Below, piece after piece: positions 1 through 9,121 of a stretch of DNA of 64,000 nt. Position numbers and translations under genes: made by a program. How positions within the stretch are numbered: the first letter of the stretch is position 1; every line of letters begins with the position of its first letter. The notes below the pieces were generated by a model that was given only the letters and a program-made list of their open reading frames with translations, was not told the origin of the DNA and did no database searches. Source of the DNA: an uncultured Acidobacteriota bacterium (GTDB taxonomy: Bacteria; Acidobacteriota; UBA6911); assembly GCA_963827655.1 (NCBI GenBank), contig CAWHCF010000040.1:1-64000 (forward strand), read 5' to 3'.

Positions 1-2
1 GT

Positions 3-209
3 TGCATCTGGGCGCAGCGCCTGGACCCTGCCACGAAGCGCCCCGAGGGCTCGCCAGTTCCCATCTATCATTCCCATAGTTCCCGGCGCAGCTTGCTCAA
101 CGTCGGTCTGAACCTGCTGGAAATCTCGGTGGCGCGGGACAAAATAGCCTTCCCGCTGGGCGAGATCACCGGCAACCTCTGGACGACGACGCTGGAAGGC
201 GCGCACTGA
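3..209 (+). CDS. C-terminal end of a TolB/PD40 beta-propeller protein (often fused to a Ser/Thr kinase); partial at window edge
   Basis: Manual translation CIWAQRLDPATKRPEGSPVPIYH...LGEITGNLWTTTLEGAH*; resembles acidobacterial kinase-propeller tails. Confidence 0.6.
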   Translation, partial: CIWAQRLDPATKRPEGSPVPIYHSHSSRRSLLNVGLNLLEISVARDKIAFPLGEITGNLWTTTLEGAH

Positions 210-247
210 ACAAGTAGGACGGGAGGGAGCCGGCGGAGCCTCGAGAA

Positions 248-472
248 TCACGGCCGCGCCGCGCTCGATCCGGTCAACCGCGCGACCTCGTGCGCGTGGC
301 GCTCGAAAGTCGCCAGCGACTCTGCGAATCGGCCCTCCTGGAACAGTCGATGTCCGTCCCGGCGCATGCCACGCAAGCGCTCGCGCGTCTCGGCCGGAAG
401 CGAGGCGAGGCGCCGCAGCCCCTCCGCAGTCCCGAGGAGTTGCTCGCGCGCCCGGAAGTACTCTTCCGGCAT
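248..472 (-). CDS. Hypothetical protein or gene remnant
   Basis: Helical, protein-like ORF MPEEYFRAREQLL...; no motif recognised; 5' end uncertain. Confidence 0.3.
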   Translation of the reverse strand: MPEEYFRAREQLLGTAEGLRRLASLPAETRERLRGMRRDGHRLFQEGRFAESLATFERHAHEVARLTGSSAARP

Positions 473-757
473 CCGCGGCAGCCTCTCCTTCGCCTGCGGC
501 AGGGAAGTTCGTGACAGGTTGAGGCGCGATGCGGCGCAGGCAATGGACCAGACTCGGATAATCGGCTGGATAACAACCGTTGACTACCCGTCGCGCTTCG
601 TGCCAGCATGAAATCCACTGCGCAATTTTCGGCGGCCACCGATGCCCCGCGCACGACCGCGAAAAGCTCCAGGAACTCTAGGCCCCTCTGATGTCCGAGG
701 TTGGAGTACAATGACCCCCTTGGACAAAACGCCGGAGGAATTCGCCGTAAGTAAGCC

Positions 758-1967
758 ATGACATCGAAGAAGCACAAGAAAGGCTCTCCCGTTGCCGCAC
801 GAAAACGGCGGCTGGTGGGTTTTCAGGTCCGTTGGCTGCTGGCGGTCGGCCTGCTCGTGGCTGCCGCCTCGGTGGCCGTCATCCTGAGCGCGTTCTGGTC
901 TCTCGAGCCCGCGCAAACCGGCGATTCCTCCGAGTCCTCCAGTAAAGCTCAACCATCCTCAGGTCCGGCGACATTCGCCCCAACCATCGCCAATACGGCC
1001 AGCGCGCCAGGTCCGGCGCCCCAGGGAATGGTGTGGATTCCCGGCGGCGAGTTCTCGATGGGTAGTCATGCTGAAAGCGAATCTCTCTGCGCTCTGCCTG
1101 GCTTGACCGGGGATGCTTTGCCGGTGCATCGAGTCTATATCGACGGGTTCTGGATGGATGCGACCGAGCTGACCAACGAAGACTTTGCCAGGTTTGTGAA
1201 AGCGACCGGGTACATGACCATCGCCGAACGCACGCCGACGGCAGCAGAGTTTCCGGGGGCGCCACCGGAGAAACTGGTTGCGGGTTCGACGGTATTCACG
1301 CCGGCAGCAAAGCCTGTGTCCCTGCAGATCACCTTCAATGGTGGCGTTATCAGAAGGGCGCCAACTGGCGCCAGCCCGAGGGGCCGGGGAGCACGATTCA
1401 CGGCCGCGAGCGATATCCGGTCGTCCAGATTGCCTATGACGATGCGGAGGCGTACGCGAAGTGGGCAGGCAAGCGTTTACCGACTGAAGCGGAATGGGAG
1501 TTTGCCGCCCGCGGCGGTTTGAGCGGAAAGCTCTATGTCTGGGGCGACGAGTTTCGTCCGGCGAAAAGGCGATGGCGAACACCTACCAGGGATCGTTTCC
1601 GGTGAAGGACACAGCCGGCGATGGCTTTGCCGGCATCGCACCAGTGGCGTCGTTTGCCCCGAACGGTTATGGACTCTACGACGTGGCCGGCAACGTGTGG
1701 GAGTGGGTCAGCGATTGGTATCGACCGGACTACTACGCGCAACTCGCCTCAGCGGGCGTCGTTGCGCGGAATCCACGCGGACCCGAATCGCCACTCGATC
1801 CCGCCGAGCCCGACACGAAGAAGCGGGTGCATCGCGGCGGTTCGTTCCTGTGCACCGATCAGTACTGCACGCGCTACATGGTCGGGACGCGCGGCAAAGG
1901 CGAAGTCAGCACCGCCAGCAACCATGTCGGCGTGAGATTGGTCAAGGACGCGAAACCCCGAGAGTAG
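758..1967 (+). CDS. Formylglycine-generating enzyme (FGE/SUMF1 family) with N-terminal TM anchor; two frameshifts (~1325, ~1560)
   Basis: [28 protein letters not shown] (middle frame), [27 protein letters not shown] across three frames. Confidence 0.9.
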
Positions 1968-2017
1968 CGGGCGGGATGCCCGACGGTAGGGGGAAACGGA
2001 GTGGAATCTATCGCCGA

Positions 2018-2300
2018 ATGAAAGAAATTGCCTCCGACGCATCCGAGCGAACTGCTGCGTAAGGAAATCATGCCGGCAGCCGGACTGACCCAGGACCGAC
2101 TTGCAACGCTCCCAGGTGTATCCAGGTTAACGATCAATGAGATTACGCGGGAGAAGCGTAGCGTGAAGGCGGATATGGCCCACCGCCTGGCGCGATTCTT
2201 TGGTACCACGCCGGAATTCTGGCTGGGTCTGCAGCAGGATGTCGATCTCTGGCAGGCGGCGCAGGATGGCTATGAGACACATCGGAAGATCAAGCCTTAG
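2018..2300 (+). CDS. higA: HigA-family antitoxin (HTH); start probably ATG 2018 with a 1-nt indel, or TTG 2028
   Basis: PPTHPSELL...LTQDRLA...MAHRLARFFGTTPEFWLGLQ..DLW matches the HigA pattern. Confidence 0.85.
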
Positions 2301-2417
2301 CCAAAAACGGCGTCTTGATCGGTCAGATACTCGGTAGCAATTCGCTCTCGGCAGCGACCTGACCTCGACGGATCGATGCCGCCCCCATCCCACGAATTGG
2401 CGGCGACGGTGCAGAAG

Positions 2418-3551
2418 CTATGCGGCGTCGGGCGGCTGCAGCCGCGAAAGATCCGGCAGAGTCTGGCTCAGCAAGATCAGCTCATCGCCTTCGCGCAACG
2501 GTCCCGCTTCCCCGCCAACCGGGTTGAGCATCATTGTTTCACCGCGATAGAGCCCGATGAGAAGGCACGCCTTCATATTCGTGCGATCGGGCAGGAACAC
2601 GTTTGCCGCTGCGACGAAATCCATCCCGACAAGTTGGGCAGGCACCGGCACCAGGTACATCTCGTTGGCGTCGCGCCGGACCGATAGCAGCTCTTGATAA
2701 ACGCGCGTCATGCCATGAAAGAGCGAGGCACGTGCCATCAGCCGCAATCCGAAGTCGGCGGCCGAGATGACTTCATCGGCACCCGCCTTGCGCATGTGCG
2801 GCCGGTATTTCGGATCCTGGCACTCGGCCACGATGTTTGGCTGGCGCTCTTGCACGCAAACGTTCTTGACGGCAATGCAGCACACGATGGTTTTTCCGTC
2901 GGCGTGCTGGTCCTGGCGGTCATCCGACAAGATGACGACGGAATGCGCTTGCGCAACCTTGGCGCGGCGCAGGATCACTTCGTTGGCTGGATCACCTTTG
3001 ACGATATAGACGTCGTTGAAGGCGGCTTCATCCTGTTTGTCAGGCAGCACGACTTCGTCGGGTGTGTCGTGAACGATCACGACTGGCCGCTTGTCGGTGA
3101 CGATACCGCTGTGCACTTCGCGTATCCAGTCTAGTGCTCGCGGCGACCAGTTGCACAGCACCAGATGGTCAGACATTTCAAGATTAGACACCTCACGACT
3201 CCTTAGTGAGCGTTCGATCAGGATCGACGCCACGCTGGCCGTGAACAAACCGGCCAAGGCGACACCGACGACAAGCACGGCGGAAACCACGAGCCGCCCA
3301 ACACGAGAGTTGGGCGCGTTGTTGAGTCCGCTGAAGAGGGTGACCCAGACGTTCCAGAGGGACTCGCGCAACGTCTCGAACGCTGGATTCGTGCCACGCT
3401 CCGCGAAGTGGAGTGCTGTGCCGCTGACGATCCAGATCACCACGATAGCGGTCAGGATTTTCCAGACTTGGTGGCGGTTCCACGCCGTTAGCACGCTCAG
3501 CAAGGTGTCGCGCCACGACGCCTTGTCCCGAACTCGGCCGAGCTCGCTCAA
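2418..3551 (-). CDS. Two-TM ion channel-like protein with RCK/TrkA-N and TrkA-C-like domains
   Basis: TM-pore helix-TM layout, then DHLVLCNW, GDPANEVILRRAKV, AGADEVIS; true start may lie slightly upstream. Confidence 0.8.
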   Translation of the reverse strand: MSELGRVRDKASWRDTLLSVLTAWNRHQVWKILTAIVVIWIVSGTALHFAERGTNPAFETLRESLWNVWVTLFSGLNNAPNSRVGRLVVSAVLVVGVALAGLFTASVASILIERSLRSREVSNLEMSDHLVLCNWSPRALDWIREVHSGIVTDKRPVVIVHDTPDEVVLPDKQDEAAFNDVYIVKGDPANEVILRRAKVAQAHSVVILSDDRQDQHADGKTIVCCIAVKNVCVQERQPNIVAECQDPKYRPHMRKAGADEVISAADFGLRLMARASLFHGMTRVYQELLSVRRDANEMYLVPVPAQLVGMDFVAAANVFLPDRTNMKACLLIGLYRGETMMLNPVGGEAGPLREGDELILLSQTLPDLSRLQPPDAA

Positions 3552-3757
3552 AGCCGAGCCTCTGCGCCGGAGCCATAACTCATGTCATTTTCCGTGTTCG
3601 AGGCTGTCACGATTAGGGCGAGCGGTAATTGTTTCCAGGCGGAAAGTCCGCCTGCAGGCGCACTTATTCGCCACGCTCATATTTCGTCAAGTCCCGCGTT
3701 CTTTGCACGCCATGAACAACCGGCAAAGAAGCACGACCGATTGCACACGGTACGCCA

Positions 3758-3910
3758 TTAGTCCGCCAGTCCGAAAACCACCACCGCGCCGCCCTGGCGG
3801 AAGCCCCAGAGCGAGTTGCCGCCGGCGGCCACCGCCACGTACTGCTTGCCGTCCACGGCATAGCTCACCGGCGGCGCGTTCACGCCCGCGCCGCAGTTGA
3901 AGGAATAAAG
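3758..3910 (-). pseudogene. C-terminal remnant of a PQQ-dependent dehydrogenase
   Basis: LYSFNCGAGVNAPPVSYAVDGKQYVAVAAGG...VVVFGL with no upstream PQQ-dehydrogenase body. Confidence 0.75.
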
Positions 3911-3960
3911 GAATAGGAAATTGCTTTCGGGGGTGGTGGGAGAATAGCATAGTTGGCCCG

Positions 3961-4182
3961 GATGGTCTGCTGAAATATCTCGGCGGTTGGGTGAGAGGCC
4001 TGTTTGGGAGGCGTTCAGTTTCGAGGAGTCCTCGGAGTCGCGGAGCGTCTCGTCGAATCGCCACGGGTCGCCGATCAGCGTTCTTCGCTCGACGTTAATG
4101 ATACGATCGTTCCTATCGGGTCTCATTGACAATGGGCAAGACGGTTGATTGTCCGAACGGGACTTTCATCAATAGCCAGCTA
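3961..4182. mobile_element. Possible degenerate ~220-bp IS-derived MITE
   Basis: Ends GATGGTCTGCTGAAAT... and ...TTTCATCAATAGCCAGCTA resemble the GCAGGCTGTTGA-type IS termini; imperfect inverted repeat, no clear target duplication. Confidence 0.3.
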
Positions 4183-5214
4183 CATTGCCTGAAACGCCGC
4201 CGCTGCCTGCTTCTCGCAGCACGACACTGTCGGTCCAATCGGCGATAGTTTGCGCGACCTGTGCCTCTTCACCGGTATACATGTGATCGGCATTCCGGAT
4301 CATGACAGTGTCCACCCGACTGGGACCGCTCCGTTGGCGCTGGATCGATGATTTGAGCAGTTCCAGGTCTTCCTCACTTCCGACATCTCCCCTCGTGCCG
4401 AAAAACGCGAGCAGTGGACAACGGATGCGCGTAACGCCGGGATTTACTGTCTGTGTCTGCACGCCGAAAAAGTCTTTGGATTCCGGCGGAGAGTTCGCGA
4501 TGTCCAAGAATGTCGCCGCGCTGATGTAGGAAGGGAAAGAGCGCTTCGGATCGCGTATCAACGCGTCCCCTTCGCCCGCAGCCATCAGGCGCTTGGCTTC
4601 CGCGAGCTGATCGGGGTCCGTCGGCCTGCTCTCGGCGCGAACTGCACCGGAAGCGAGTACCACTCCCACGACTCGTGAATCCTGCTTTTCAGCCTGATAG
4701 CTGCGCACCGCCGCCCAACCCGCGCTGTGTCCGACCAGAACCACCTGCTTGAAGCCCTGGTCCTCGGCGAAGTCGATCCAGGCGGCAAGGTCTCGGACTT
4801 CCTCACCTGCTACACCCCAGTAACCTCCGCCGCGGATCCGCTTTCCGTGTCGGTACCCGGCGAATTGCCGAGATCGTGCATGCGCGTGTTTCCACTGATC
4901 GTTGCATAGCCGCGCGCCGCGAGCGCTCGGCCGATCATCACGTACGTCGGAGAGTAGAAGTTAGTTCCCCATCCATGGATCCAGATGACAGCGATGGGTT
5001 TGCCTGAAGGCTTCGACGCCGTGAACATCGCGCCCCCATTCACGATGTCGTCCATCGAACGAACGTAGACGAGTTCTTCGGGGAACTTCCCAGCTGTTAC
5101 GGTTACGGCACGCGGCGCGTACCGGTGCCAAAGCAGGAAGGTCGTCCCGATTAAAGCGAGGACTGCAATTATCACGGTAAGTCGTCGGCGTGTGGTCCAA
5201 TCTTGTAGATGCAT
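4169..5214 (-). CDS. Alpha/beta hydrolase (DUF1749-like) with N-terminal TM; one frameshift near 4860
   Basis: IWIHGWGTNFY oxyanion motif, GHSAG nucleophile elbow, NADHMY catalytic His; RBS GGAGG. Confidence 0.85.
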
Positions 5215-5267
5215 CGCTCCTCCGCCGCTTCGAGCTATCTACGCGACCGGTGCATAAGTTTTCGTGC

Positions 5268-5321
5268 GGCTAACGTTGCGTTCACCCGCGCGGAGCGGTC
5301 AAGTGCAACGCGGGGTTGGCT
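5268..5321 (-). other. Solo integron attC-like recombination site
   Basis: Minus strand AGCCAAC-N5-GTTGCAC...GTGAAC-N5-GTTAGCC: R''/L''/L'/R' spacing with one extrahelical base; 54 bp, slightly short for attC. Confidence 0.6.
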
Positions 5322-5440
5322 GGCCGAAACTAGGCTGGCGCCTGGAGCCGACAGGCGCTGACGAGACCTATGCGGACTTGGATACGCGACCTGAACAGGT
5401 GAAGGTCAACGCGAAGAGTCGGCTCGCCGTGACGGCCCAC

Positions 5441-6295
5441 TTACTGAACAGCAATTGCATCGTAGTGAATTCGTTCCTTCCCGATGCCTTTAGAGTCAAG
5501 CACCTTCACCACTTCGCGCACCATGATTGGCGGTCCGGCGAGATAGGCGTCGGCATCCGACGGCGCCGCGACGTGCTTTTCGACGACCGAGTGGATGAAG
5601 CCGGTCTCCCCATGCCAGTTATCTTCGGGCGCAGGACTCGACAGCGCGGGAATGTAGCGGAACTTTGTTTTCGTCCGCGCCCATTCCTGAAAGCGTTCGT
5701 GCCAGAACAGGTCTTTTCGGCCGCGCACGCCGAAGAAAAAGTAGATCTCGTTGTTCTTGTCGAAACCGTTCTCGAACCAGTACTCGAGCAGCGAGATAAA
5801 CGGCGCAACTCCGGTGCCACCGGCGACGATCACAATCGGACGACCCGTGTCCTTTCTCAAATAGAGACTTCCGCCGGCGCGCTGAAGCTGCACCACATCT
5901 CCCGGCTTCAATTGCGCGTGGACGTAGGTCGTCGCAATTCCCGGCGGAACCTCTTTCCCCGGCGGCGATCCTGCGAGCTTGATCATCAGGTCGAAGCTGG
6001 GCAGCCGGCTCGAGCTGCTGGCAAACGAGTACGGGCGCGTCACCTCTCCGTGAGTGGTCCCGTAGCGCGCATTCCACTGTTTGACGTAATCGTCAGGAAC
6101 CTTCAGAAACGTGTACTGTCCGGGAGTGAATAAAAAACCCTTCGCGTCCAAAAGGCGGAAGCGGATGCGTTTGGTGTCGTGAGTCAGGTCCTCGATCTCG
6201 ATCACCTTGGCGCGATAGGGATAGCTGTCGGCAAGAAGATTGACGCTGCAGCCGAGCCACAGCGCGAATAATCCGAAGGTGCGGCGATTCAGCAT
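5441..6295 (-). CDS. FAD/NAD(P)-binding ferredoxin-reductase-type oxidoreductase (NqrF C-terminal-like) with possible Tat signal
   Basis: FTPGQY, RPYSFAS, VPPGIATTY, VAGGTGVAP, AYLAGPPIMV; N-terminus NRRTFG plus hydrophobic stretch. Confidence 0.85.
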   Translation of the reverse strand: MLNRRTFGLFALWLGCSVNLLADSYPYRAKVIEIEDLTHDTKRIRFRLLDAKGFLFTPGQYTFLKVPDDYVKQWNARYGTTHGEVTRPYSFASSSSRLPSFDLMIKLAGSPPGKEVPPGIATTYVHAQLKPGDVVQLQRAGGSLYLRKDTGRPIVIVAGGTGVAPFISLLEYWFENGFDKNNEIYFFFGVRGRKDLFWHERFQEWARTKTKFRYIPALSSPAPEDNWHGETGFIHSVVEKHVAAPSDADAYLAGPPIMVREVVKVLDSKGIGKERIHYDAIAVQ

Positions 6296-6304
6296 TTGCT
6301 CTGA

Positions 6305-7037
6305 TCAGACCGGCTTGCGCCACAGGATGGAAAGATCGTCCTTCGGCCGGAAGCCGAGGACCCGCTTGGCTTTTTCATTGATGAACTTCCCGTGCGGCAT
6401 GTCGGAGAAAACGAAGAAAATCTCGCATCGCGACGGCAGCTTCGCCAGGTCGATCTCCAGGCCGAGCCGGAATATCTGCACCCGCATCTCCCCATGAGAC
6501 CGAAAACGGTGTTGCGTCCGTGCCCGGCGTGAGTTTGCCCATGTCGAGAAGCGAGAAGAATAGATATTCCTGGACGTAAACATCATGGTGTTGCGAAAAA
6601 ACGCGGCAGATCTCCTGACCCAGCGACTTACTCAAACCATACAGATGGGTGCCGGGCTGCGGCGGTTGATCCGGCCCTACCCTGAAATCGAACCGTTCGG
6701 ATGGCGGACCCGAGACCACCAGGTGCGGTCCGGTATTGATCACTCGTCTGATATTCTGCTCCACGGCCGCGAGCATCATGTTGTAACAGCCGCGCGTGTT
6801 CACGTCGAACGCCAGCTTGCGGTCGTTGCGCAAAACCGAGAGGTTCACGATGGCGTCCATGCCCCGGGCCGCTTTGCGGACTTGCTCGATCGACGAAATA
6901 TCCACGTGCATGTATTCGTGACGCGTCTTCTCCGCCGGCGGTCGGATGTCGGTGATGCGCAACTCGTGTCCCGACTCCAGCGCCTTGACAACATGTGGAC
7001 CAAGATACCCGGTTGCGCCGAGAAGCAGTACCTTCAT
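6305..7037 (-). CDS. NAD-dependent epimerase/dehydratase (extended SDR); frameshift near 6495
   Basis: MKVLLLGATGYLG, YGLSK catalytic motif; C-terminus AKRVLGFRP in the adjacent frame. Confidence 0.85.
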
Positions 7038-7050
7038 GCCGCCCTCCCTG

Positions 7051-7830
7051 TCACCATCGAAATCGCGGTCGATATACCAACGCTGTCTGGGCACGCTTGA
7101 CCGAGAATCGCGCGCCCGGCGAATCCGATTGGATATGGAAGACCTGCCAAATATTCAGCCTGGCGCTGAGAGCGCATGAGACCGCGTGCACTACGTCGCG
7201 CTCGTCCACCCAGAGAGGGTCGGGTGGTTGGTCCTTGACCTCGTCGGCTCGTACTACTTTGCCCAGACGCAACACAACGATTTGAATTTTGCCCTCGCGC
7301 GCGAACTCGCGACTGGCGTACTCGCCCAGGTGCTTCGCCAGAACGATCGTGGTCATTGACGGAAGCGGCAACCAGTTCTCGCTGACGGTGTAGCTGGGCT
7401 CATAGCCGGTCATCATTTCGAGGGTGCTCAGGAAAACGATGCGCGGCACTTTTCCCTCGGCCGCCGACCACAGCAGGTTGTAGGTGCAGCGAGTCAGAAA
7501 ATCAATCTGTTGTTCGGGCGTTTCCTCGGGCAGAGGTTCGGCCACATGCACGATCGCCTCCACGCCTCGAACCACCTCATCGGTTGCGCTGTCGTGACCA
7601 AGGGCACACTGGACAAACTCGTGCTCGGTGCGGATCGGCGCTCGCTCGGTCAGCCGGATCGAGTAAGTTTCCTTCAATCCGGAAGCTAAAGCCTGCGCCA
7701 GCCTTCCCCCGCCGGAGGTAATGAGAATCGACTTCGCCTTAGGCGCTTGCGCCGAAACGAGCGGCGCGGCTCCGGCGAGGCCGCCTGTTGCGAGAAATCT
7801 GCGACGGTTTACTCTCAGTGACTGCTTCAT
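7051..7830 (-). CDS. Extended SDR/epimerase-like protein with Tat signal
   Basis: VNRRRFLATGG signal; ILITSGGGRLA degenerate Rossmann motif; AIVHVA; VLAK in place of YxxxK. Confidence 0.75.
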   Translation of the reverse strand: MKQSLRVNRRRFLATGGLAGAAPLVSAQAPKAKSILITSGGGRLAQALASGLKETYSIRLTERAPIRTEHEFVQCALGHDSATDEVVRGVEAIVHVAEPLPEETPEQQIDFLTRCTYNLLWSAAEGKVPRIVFLSTLEMMTGYEPSYTVSENWLPLPSMTTIVLAKHLGEYASREFAREGKIQIVVLRLGKVVRADEVKDQPPDPLWVDERDVVHAVSCALSARLNIWQVFHIQSDSPGARFSVKRAQTALVYRPRFRW

Positions 7831-8014
7831 TGTCACGACCCAGGAGAGGGATTTGAATCCGCGGACAGTGCGAGGTTGATCTTATACCAACAGTACCCTC
7901 AAATAGCAACACGCGCCCCAGCAACGGCTGCACTCGGACTTTCACACGGCGCTCACAACACAGTCGCAGGCGAGATGAATTCAATCCAGCAACCGGCCTC
8001 TCCTGCCGGCGCTT

Positions 8015-8110
8015 TCACTTCATCCCGATACCGAGGTTGATCGGGCTGATCAATACGGCCGTGCCGCTCCCCGCGGCGCGCTCGCGTACCAGGTCGTCCA
8101 TCGCCTGACC
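8015..8110 (-). pseudogene. Short C-terminal gene remnant, possibly of a SAM methyltransferase
   Basis: Manual translation AMDDLVRERAAGSGTAVLISPINLGIGMK*; upstream sequence unrelated. Confidence 0.4.
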
Positions 8111-8322
8111 GTTCAAATTTACTGGACGAGCGCAGGGTTCTCGATCAAACTCCTCGATCCAAGTGGGTCAGGTACGAATCTCATACTTGGAGGAGTAAAC
8201 CGCCCGAAGATCTTCTATGCGATGCCTTCGACCTTGGCGGAGCGACGGCGCATTCTGCATGAGTGCGTGCAGCTTCAACACCGGGTGAAGTAAATGGGTT
8301 GAAGTTCCAATGGGAGGAGATA

Positions 8323-8889
8323 GTGAATTTATCCCCGAAATTTGACCAGGCTCTTCACTACGCTGTCTTGATACACGCAGGACAGCTTCGGAAAGGCACC
8401 GAGATTCCGTATTTGTCTCATTTGCTTGGCGTCGCGAGCATTGCCCTTGAGTACGGTGCCAACGAGGATGAAGCTATCGGAGCCTTACTGCACGATGCCG
8501 GCGAAGATGCCGGTGGCCGTGGTCGCATTGAAGACATCCGTCAGCGATTTGGTGACCCGGTTGCCGATATCGTCGATGGTTGTACGGACGCAGATGTAGT
8601 TCCGAAACCTGAGTGGCGCAAGAGAAAAGAAGAATATATCGCTCATATTCCAACTGCATCGGCATCGGTGAGATTGGTTTCTGCTTCAGATAAATTACAT
8701 AACGCCCGCGCCATCCTGCGCGACTACCGAGTCCACGGCGAAGATCTCTGGAACCGCTTCAACGGCGGAAAAGAGGGCACGCTCTGGTACTACCGATCAC
8801 TTGTCGAAGCTTTTTCACAAGCGGAAAGAAACGAATTAGTAAAAGAGCTCGATAGCGTCGTCTCTGAAATCCAGAGAATGAGCAGGTAA
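8323..8889 (+). CDS. HD-domain small alarmone hydrolase (Mesh1/SpoT-hydrolase-like)
   Basis: HAGQLRKGTEIPYLSH, LLHDAGED, SDKLHNAR; GGAGG RBS before GTG 8323. Confidence 0.88.
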   Translation: MNLSPKFDQALHYAVLIHAGQLRKGTEIPYLSHLLGVASIALEYGANEDEAIGALLHDAGEDAGGRGRIEDIRQRFGDPVADIVDGCTDADVVPKPEWRKRKEEYIAHIPTASASVRLVSASDKLHNARAILRDYRVHGEDLWNRFNGGKEGTLWYYRSLVEAFSQAERNELVKELDSVVSEIQRMSR

Positions 8890-9049
8890 TTTATGCAATC
8901 ACGAAATCGTGCTCAGCCCAGACCGCACAGCGGCCTGAGTTCCTCCGATACTCTGCATCGGACATCGGGCCGTCTCACGGCGCTAGGGTCTGTGAGTCAC
9001 GCTTCGCTGCCTCGCGGTCCGGCCAATCGATCGCTGCCCTTGCAGCCGA

Positions 9050-9085
9050 CCGAGTTTCTTACTCTTGGGCAGCCGAGTTTCTTAC
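9050..9085 (+). repeat. Two exact 13-bp direct repeats CCGAGTTTCTTAC, 23-bp period
   Basis: Copies at 9050-9062 and 9073-9085. Confidence 0.9.
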
Positions 9086-9092
9086 CCATACG

Positions 9093-9121
9093 GTCCTGTT
9101 CCTGGACGAGCTCCCCGAGTT
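9093..9121 (+). pseudogene. 29-bp fragment encoding the ComM/YifB Walker-B motif VLFLDELPE
   Basis: GTC CTG TTC CTG GAC GAG CTC CCC GAG TT; isolated, with no flanking comM sequence. Confidence 0.7.

Noticed and set aside
7915-7985. Possible second attC (CTGCACTCGGAC...GCAGGCGAG)
   Set aside because: It lacks recognisable AAC and GTT core boxes and pairs poorly
8163-8185. GGGTCAGGTACGAATC as the second att copy of the tRNA-Asn 3' end
   Set aside because: Only ~7 contiguous bases match, which is expected by chance
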